Below are positions 58,563 through 64,000 of a stretch of DNA of 64,000 nt, piece after piece. The notes beneath the pieces were generated by a model. The model was not told the DNA's origin. It was given only the letters and a program-made list of their open reading frames with translations, and searched no databases. Location: contig JAMCRD010000003.1 of assembly GCA_023380475.1 (NCBI GenBank), positions 28,397 through 92,396 of the forward strand, given 5' to 3'. How positions within the stretch are numbered: the stretch's first letter is position 1; each line of letters begins with the position of its first letter. The position numbers and the translations under genes were made by a program. The DNA is from Patescibacteria group bacterium. GTDB taxonomy: Bacteria; Patescibacteriota; Minisyncoccia; UBA6257; Colwellbacteraceae.

Positions 58563-59009
58563 ATGAGGCAAATTAAATCAGCATTGGGAGAAGTATTGAA
58601 ACTCCTCAACAAGTCCTATAAAGATCAGGAAATCCGTGTTTGCGACAACTGTGGAGTCCCATTGATATGGACTTTTTGTTGGGCGTATCGCGAGAGATAC
58701 TGTCTCAACTGTGGGATAAGTGGCGCAATGCTGGGGACTGGCGAAGATGTGGAATTAACCAGCGAATTGAAGTATGAGGCAAGGGTGATAGATGACATCT
58801 GGAAAGCAATCTACAAAAATCTAGTGCCGCGTTCATCTTACAAACGGAATGGATGTAAGAAGTGTGAGGGAGAAGATCATAACAAACACCTCTCAAGGTC
58901 CGAAATTTTTAGAGATAAAACAGCGACGGAAATTCTCAAAAAATTAGCGGAGGGCTTCACCGTTAAAAGAGAAATTTTAGAAAGAGGATTATATCAGGGA
59001 CAAGTTTAG
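58563..59009 (+). CDS. Phage zinc-finger protein
   Basis: 148 aa with CDNCG...CLNCG and CKKCEGEDH. Confidence 0.45.
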   Translation: MRQIKSALGEVLKLLNKSYKDQEIRVCDNCGVPLIWTFCWAYRERYCLNCGISGAMLGTGEDVELTSELKYEARVIDDIWKAIYKNLVPRSSYKRNGCKKCEGEDHNKHLSRSEIFRDKTATEILKKLAEGFTVKREILERGLYQGQV

Positions 59010-59042
59010 GAACTGTCCGGAAAACATAATTAAGCCGAAAGG

Positions 59043-59249
59043 ATGGTAAAAACCGTTTACGGCATGAAATCTAAAATGACCGACCAAGAGTTCAAGGAAA
59101 AATGTGAGAAACATAGGGAAAAGCTTAAGGTGCTATTGAACTCCGGCTTCTTTGAGCTCAAAAATACCAAGGTCGAGGTGAACTTCGGGCCAAAGGGAGA
59201 GATAGGGGATTGGTCTATTGTCCGGCAGAGTGTGTACAAACGACCATGA
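59043..59249 (+). CDS. Phage hypothetical protein
   Basis: 68 aa ORF. Its 3' end carries a TGTACA-17-TATAAT promoter-like site (59232-59260). Confidence 0.4.
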   Translation: MVKTVYGMKSKMTDQEFKEKCEKHREKLKVLLNSGFFELKNTKVEVNFGPKGEIGDWSIVRQSVYKRP

Positions 59250-59340
59250 ATATGCTATAATACTCAAAACTGAATAAGTAAAAGTCCCAAGCGATAATAA
59301 GCCGGACATCTCGCAATGAGGTGGCCGGTATTTCATTTTT

Positions 59341-59778
59341 ATGGGAGCACCAAAGGGAAATCAATACGCAAAAGGAAATAAGGGAGGGCGCCCTCCGAAA
59401 GTAGAGCCGCAAAATCTTCCCGCGTTCGGTGAAGAACTGGTGTCATGGGCAACTCGGAAATACCAGACGCTTCTTTCGGCGCCCGACAAGGAGGCAAAAA
59501 TGCCCTTCTTCATCAAGACGTTCTGTCGGGAGTATAAAATATCGGAAGACACGCTCCAAGCGTACAGGGAGGCAAATAAAGAGTTTTCCGCCTCGTATAA
59601 GCAGGCAAGACAGATTATTGCTGAAGCACTCATGGTTGGAGCACTCAAGGGATGGTGGCATCCGACCGCTTTTATCTTCATCGCCAAGAATGAAACCGAA
59701 ATGAGAGATAACTCGTCGGTTGATCTCACATCGGGCGGAGAAAAGATTACGGTCAACCTGGTCGAATTCAAAAGATGA
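59341..59778 (+). CDS. Terminase small subunit
   Basis: N-terminus MGAPKGNQYAKGNKGGRPPK is typical of TerS HTH-type proteins. Lies upstream of TerL. Confidence 0.65.
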   Translation: MGAPKGNQYAKGNKGGRPPKVEPQNLPAFGEELVSWATRKYQTLLSAPDKEAKMPFFIKTFCREYKISEDTLQAYREANKEFSASYKQARQIIAEALMVGALKGWWHPTAFIFIAKNETEMRDNSSVDLTSGGEKITVNLVEFKR

Positions 59779-60314
59779 AACTCTCGGTTTTAATCTGTTC
59801 TTTGTCTTCACGAGGCGAGCATCTCGCCAAGTTGCTTTCGATCTTGTTTCCCCAAATTCAGGAGGAGACTGAAATTATCGTTTCCATTGACGACGGAGGA
59901 CAAAAAATAGGTGTCAAACGCAATAGGTTGATGGCATCGGCACTGGGCCAGTATGTCTGTTTTATCGATGACGATGACGAGGTGAGCGACGACTATATTG
60001 CCCAGATTATGACCGGCATCGAATCCGGTGCCGACCACGTGGCAATAGGCGGCATTATGACGACGAATGGCAGAGAACCACACGAATTCAGAAGCTCGAA
60101 GGATTATGTCTGGCATGAAAAAGACGGCGTCTATTATCGCGGCGTCCAGCATCTGGGAGTGATTAAGCGTGATCTGGTACTTCAATGTCCCTTCCCTCCG
60201 ATCAGTTTCGGGGAAGACCGCGAATTCAGCGAGAGGGTAACGCCGCTAATCAAGACAGAGTACCAAATCCAAAAGCCGATTTACTTCTATCGATACCGGA
60301 ACCCGAAATGCTGA
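59775..60314 (+). CDS. Glycosyltransferase family 2 (small, phage-encoded)
   Basis: LSVLICSLSSR.., KRNRLMASALGQYVCFIDDDDEV (DxD) and FGEDREF. ATGA overlap with TerS. Confidence 0.75.
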   Translation: MKLSVLICSLSSRGEHLAKLLSILFPQIQEETEIIVSIDDGGQKIGVKRNRLMASALGQYVCFIDDDDEVSDDYIAQIMTGIESGADHVAIGGIMTTNGREPHEFRSSKDYVWHEKDGVYYRGVQHLGVIKRDLVLQCPFPPISFGEDREFSERVTPLIKTEYQIQKPIYFYRYRNPKC

Positions 60315-60964
60315 GTGTCATAATGCCGGTCTATAATCACGTTCTCTACACCTATCGGGCCGTAGAGTCGCTCCTTGAACACACTGCTGCGCCAGCTAGG
60401 CTCATTATGATTGACGATGGCTCGACCGATGATACGCATGATTACGCTATGGAACTTTCGGATCGGCTGAAAGAGAGATTTTATTATGGCCGAAACCAAA
60501 AGAATGAGGGTGTCCACTACAGCTGGAATGCAGGACTACGCGCCGCTTTCGACCAGAATTCAGATTATATCGCCATTGTGAATAACGATGTCCTCTTCAC
60601 AAAGAACTGGGATTCGCCCCTCATCAATGCCCTAAAAACGAAGAAGCTTGTGAGTCCATATCATACGGATGGCTCATTGCCGGATGATTGGCCGTCCGGG
60701 AGCCGCAGGATTGCGAACCAGGGTAACTTGCCGATTCTGGGCGCTTGTTTCATGGCACAAACGCAGACATTCAGGGATGTGGGCTTTTTCCCCGAACAAA
60801 TGCGGTACTACTTCGGAGACAACTGGCTGGTGCGACAGGTCGGGGAACAGCAATGTACCCAGGTGCCCGAAAGCTACATCCATCACTATTTCTCGAAAAC
60901 AACGAGTGAACTTCAGAATGATTTTTGGTTCAAAAAAGACCAAGAAGAATACTTGCGGCTATGA
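60308..60964 (+). CDS. Glycosyltransferase family 2 (second, phage-encoded)
   Basis: MLSVIMPVYNH..LIMIDDGSTDDT..IAIVNNDV. ATG 60308 overlaps the upstream stop by 7 nt. The track start at 60185 is out of context. Confidence 0.75.
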   Translation: MLSVIMPVYNHVLYTYRAVESLLEHTAAPARLIMIDDGSTDDTHDYAMELSDRLKERFYYGRNQKNEGVHYSWNAGLRAAFDQNSDYIAIVNNDVLFTKNWDSPLINALKTKKLVSPYHTDGSLPDDWPSGSRRIANQGNLPILGACFMAQTQTFRDVGFFPEQMRYYFGDNWLVRQVGEQQCTQVPESYIHHYFSKTTSELQNDFWFKKDQEEYLRL

Positions 60965-62241
60965 CAATTCAATTCCCCACCCAAGAATTTATCGACTCTA
61001 TACGACCTTACCAATCCGAGTACCTTTCGTCTCCCCAGAAGAATAACGTGCTTATGTGGCACAGAGGCAGCCGCAAGACCACGACACTGCTCCAAAAATT
61101 GCTTATTTCAGCGCATCGCGAGGTTGGTCTCTACTGGTATATCGGGCCCTATCTTACCCAGGCGCGATCGACGATATGGACAGACCCAGCAACGCATATT
61201 TTCCGATGGATACCATCGGACTATCTGAAGCGGTTACGCGTCAATAACAGCGAGATGTCGATAACATTCCCGAACGGAAGCGTCTTGCAGGCCAAGGGAA
61301 TGGACAATCCGAATGGACTCCGTGGCCCTAAACCGAAGGGGGTTGTGCTCGACGAATACGGTGAAATGGCGAAGCGGTGGGGCAGCGAACCTCGTGAAGC
61401 CATCATTGAGCCGTCCATGCTCTCGTCGGGGGGCTGGACTGACTACGCGGGGACGCCGAAAGGAAACAATGATCTTGCGCACCTTTTACGGCGGCAGGAT
61501 TATTTCGCGTCTCTCAAAACAGTCGAAGATACGGGTGTGTATTTGCCGGAGCAGATTGAGGAATTGAAGCGGAATGCCGTCAATATAGATTTCTTTTGGC
61601 AAGAATACTACTGCAAAATCATCGAGGGAGCCTCAAGCGTTTTCAAAGACATCGAGAATGCCGTCTCGGGAGAACTGGAGAAGCCGCAGAGTGGCGAGGA
61701 GTATCTTTTTGGAATTGATTTAGCGCGGAGTTTTGACGCGACTGTCCTCGTCGGTTTCAAAATATCCACCAATCATCTCGTGTACTACGAGAGGATAAAA
61801 GATAGAACGTGGGAAGCGCAGAAAAACCTCATCGCCGGTACGCTCGCTTCGTACCATGGCGCGCGGGCTATTGTTGACGCAACGGGTGTGGGCGATAGTT
61901 TCACAGAAGAGTTGATGAGGATGGGACTCAATATCATGCCTCTTAAGATCGCCAATAACCTCATTAAGCGGAATCTGGTCGAAAAACTCGGTTCTTACCT
62001 TGAAAACAGATACATCACCATTCCCAGCATTCAAGAAATGATTGACGAATTGAAAAATTACGAGTATGTGCTTACGGCAAGTAACAATATCGTTTACTCG
62101 GCCCCATCCGGCAAGCACGACGATGTCGTAATGGCGTTGGCGCTGGCAGTTTCAGCTCTCAATCCCACGCCTTTCGTTGTTTCCCAAAATGCTTTTGTTC
62201 CGCCGGTTACTATCGACCCCAGAACGGGTTATATTGTATGA
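60961..62241 (+). CDS. Terminase large subunit
   Basis: Walker A-like HRGSRKTT, Walker B VVLDEYGE, and nuclease motifs GIDLARSFDATV and GKHDDVVMALALA. ATGA overlap with the GT2 gene. Confidence 0.85.
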   Translation: MTIQFPTQEFIDSIRPYQSEYLSSPQKNNVLMWHRGSRKTTTLLQKLLISAHREVGLYWYIGPYLTQARSTIWTDPATHIFRWIPSDYLKRLRVNNSEMSITFPNGSVLQAKGMDNPNGLRGPKPKGVVLDEYGEMAKRWGSEPREAIIEPSMLSSGGWTDYAGTPKGNNDLAHLLRRQDYFASLKTVEDTGVYLPEQIEELKRNAVNIDFFWQEYYCKIIEGASSVFKDIENAVSGELEKPQSGEEYLFGIDLARSFDATVLVGFKISTNHLVYYERIKDRTWEAQKNLIAGTLASYHGARAIVDATGVGDSFTEELMRMGLNIMPLKIANNLIKRNLVEKLGSYLENRYITIPSIQEMIDELKNYEYVLTASNNIVYSAPSGKHDDVVMALALAVSALNPTPFVVSQNAFVPPVTIDPRTGYIV

Positions 62242-62432
62242 ACGAAGAACTACGTTGCAAATTATGCGGTAAATTGTTGGGCAAGGGATTGCAGTTAGGG
62301 GGCATTGTAGCCATCAAGTGCCATCGGTGCGGTACCATCACGGAGTTCGGGAATAAAATCGTCCACTATATCGTTCGTACCGAAGCGGGCGAGGAGTTAG
62401 GGCTCTTGACACTGAAAAATAAAAAGATATAA
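62238..62432 (+). CDS. Com-like zinc-finger protein
   Basis: LRCKLCGKLLGKG...IKCHRCGT resembles the Mu Com pattern RC..C.KLL...I.C.RC. Confidence 0.5.
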   Translation: MNEELRCKLCGKLLGKGLQLGGIVAIKCHRCGTITEFGNKIVHYIVRTEAGEELGLLTLKNKKI

Positions 62433-62468
62433 TGACAATATAAAATAATAAGTTTTGAGTGCCTTTGA

Positions 62469-62491
62469 GCGCCAGAAGTGGCGCTTTTTTT
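62469..62491 (+). terminator. Hairpin plus T-run between the Com-like gene and portal
   Basis: GCGCCA-gaag-TGGCGC followed by TTTTTTT. Confidence 0.7.
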
Positions 62492-62496
62492 GTTGT

Positions 62497-64000
62497 ATGA
62501 AAAAACCATCGGCACAAGAAATACTCAATCAATTTCGCATCGAGAAACAGGCAGCCTCGAAGACTCGGCAGTCGAAGATGTCCCATTGGCTCCAAAATGA
62601 GGAGCTTCACAATGGCGTTATTCAGCGAACTCTTTTGACGAAATCAAATCTTCATGTCCCGAAAGTGTTTGAGGGGGTACAAGATATGGCGTCCCGTCTC
62701 GGGGAGTTACCGACTATCGAATACGACACAAAGCCGGAAGGCGATGAAAATGCAGCAGATCTCATGAAGCATCTGTTCTTGTATGACGGCAGGAAATCAG
62801 ATTTGGAACACTTATGGGAACTGTCAAAAATCGAAGCGGGTCTCTATGGGCGTCCCATTTACAAACTGTTTCCATCACCGAACGGCGTCGCTTTCCAGCT
62901 TATCGATACGATGAGTTTTCTCATTTCTCCGCTTTCGCCGACGATAGATTCCGCGCTTTATTGCGGTCAGCAATTCATCTATAAGACGGCAGCGCAGCTG
63001 ATGGAGGAGGCCGAAGAATACGGTTACGACAAGAAAGAGGTGATGAAGGCTCGCAAAGCCGTGGCCGAAACCATCTCATCGGAAAATCCGGAAGTGAGCC
63101 AGCGCAACCTGCGGCTTGCCTATCTCGGTTTTGACAATGTGAACCTCGCAGGAGCGAAAGTCATCGAACTCACGGAATGGTACACGCATCTTGTGAACGA
63201 AAAGGGGTTGCCGGAAAAATATCTTCTCACCGTCGCGAACGACCAGTTCCTGCTTCGCGCCATTCCGATAACTGAAGCGGGGTTTGAGGATAAATTCCCG
63301 TTTATTTCGCGGGCGCTTTTCCCGCGTCTCGTCTCGTTCTGGGTTCCGTCAGTCGCGGATATCTATCGCGATCCGAACTTGGCGATGGATGTGATTATGA
63401 ATCAGAACATCGACAATAATACCTACCGCAATTTCGGGATGCTCTTTGTCGATTCGGCCAGCGGTCTCAAGCAATCCGCTGTCGTTCCGCGCCCCCTCGG
63501 CGTTGTACCGATCAATGTCGGAGCGAAATCGGTTAAGGACGCCGTGCTGCCATATAATCCGCCGGATATTTCGCAATCTACCGCCTTATCCAGCCAGATT
63601 GAAACGCTCTCTGACAATGCGGCCGGTCTCGGTTTCGTGCTTCCCATGGGACGGGCAAAAATGTCGGTCTCCCAATTAAACCTCGAAATGTCGCTCATTG
63701 AACAGCGATTAAGCACGTCAAAGATGAACCTCATCGCGATGGCAAAGGATATGGGCCAGATGTACGCCGATCTCATCAAGAAGAACCTTACGACTCCCCG
63801 GGCAGTCAAAACCTTCGGCATGAAAGACCTCACTATCTCAGGAGTTACGAAAGCGAACTTTAAGGGCGTTGACTTCATTGCAAAGGCGACTGCGAAGGAG
63901 AATGTCCAGCAAAACAAGGCGCTCTGGCAGAAATCAATTCAGGCTCTCTTCGCGATGTTCAAGGACGACCAGAACATCCCCAATCAGCGCTATCTCCGCG
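62497..64000 (+). CDS. Portal protein, 3' end outside window
   Basis: Frame open from ATG 62497 to the window end, about 500 codons by hand translation (MKKPSAQEILNQFRIEKQAASKTRQSKMSHW...). It lies right after TerL and is absent from the track because it has no stop. Confidence 0.65.
   Translation, partial: MKKPSAQEILNQFRIEKQAASKTRQSKMSHWLQNEELHNGVIQRTLLTKSNLHVPKVFEGVQDMASRLGELPTIEYDTKPEGDENAADLMKHLFLYDGRKSDLEHLWELSKIEAGLYGRPIYKLFPSPNGVAFQLIDTMSFLISPLSPTIDSALYCGQQFIYKTAAQLMEEAEEYGYDKKEVMKARKAVAETISSENPEVSQRNLRLAYLGFDNVNLAGAKVIELTEWYTHLVNEKGLPEKYLLTVANDQFLLRAIPITEAGFEDKFPFISRALFPRLVSFWVPSVADIYRDPNLAMDVIMNQNIDNNTYRNFGMLFVDSASGLKQSAVVPRPLGVVPINVGAKSVKDAVLPYNPPDISQSTALSSQIETLSDNAAGLGFVLPMGRAKMSVSQLNLEMSLIEQRLSTSKMNLIAMAKDMGQMYADLIKKNLTTPRAVKTFGMKDLTISGVTKANFKGVDFIAKATAKENVQQNKALWQKSIQALFAMFKDDQNIPNQRYLR

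Larger units (their letters stand above)
54227..64000 (+). mobile_element. Phage / prophage region (left boundary approximate, continues past window end)
   Basis: Uninterrupted + strand block of overlapping genes: RecB-like nuclease, wHTH, NinG-like HNH, RHH, TerS, TerL, Com-like protein and portal. Confidence 0.7.

Noticed and set aside
59361-59811. Minus-strand ORFs of 122-164 aa inside the phage block (59361..59771, 59443..59811, 63423..63917, 61720..62118)
   Set aside because: Each is antisense to a well-supported plus-strand gene (TerS, portal or TerL) in a block that is otherwise strictly unidirectional.

Overview
The window reads as part of a small, streamlined bacterial genome with Candidate Phyla Radiation (Patescibacteria)-like hallmarks and the standard code 11. 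It is joined at about 54.2 kb to a block of phage genes.

- **1-6450:** spc-type ribosomal cluster (S17, L14, L24, L5, S14, S8, L6, L18, S5, L15, secY, adk, map). It has no rpmD, a truncated L15 and an N-terminally short L5.
- **6.4-20 kb:** envelope and shape genes (murA, two mreB, mreC, mreD, PBP2) mixed with holB, frr, rseP, a short proS, a galT-like gene, dedA and tpiA.
- **20-28 kb:** an accessory-looking surface locus. It holds a SIMPL protein and two extremely glycine-rich exported proteins, one with an (AC)5(AG)11 tract in its first codons. These are interleaved with pgk, a DHH phosphoesterase and an RNase H with a hybrid-binding domain.
- **28-54 kb:** an rnpB gene hidden under a spurious ORF, a PD-(D/E)XK nuclease, typA, an O-antigen-ligase-like/TPR protein, a trigger factor without a PPIase domain, csp, two micro-genes, tRNA-Gln, a short dnaX and scpAB. 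A partial dcw cluster follows (dac, mraY, an amidohydrolase in the murD position, ftsW, murG), then gltX, a PcsB-like hydrolase and a CofE-like gene.
- **54.2-64 kb:** a single-strand phage module. It runs RecB-like nuclease, wHTH protein, C-type-lectin/DUF1566-like protein, NinG-like HNH, RHH, TerS, two GT2 glycosyltransferases, TerL, Com-like zinc finger and a partial portal.

The leads most worth a second look:
- the phage physically linked to CPR core genes, with glycosyltransferases translationally coupled inside the terminase operon;
- the putative phase-variable glycine-rich surface protein;
- a recurrent -10 box placed 6-8 nt before the ATG, which suggests leaderless mRNAs.

No CRISPR array, rRNA or clear defence operon was seen. 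All calls rest on reading the sequence and ORF translations by eye; no searches were run.
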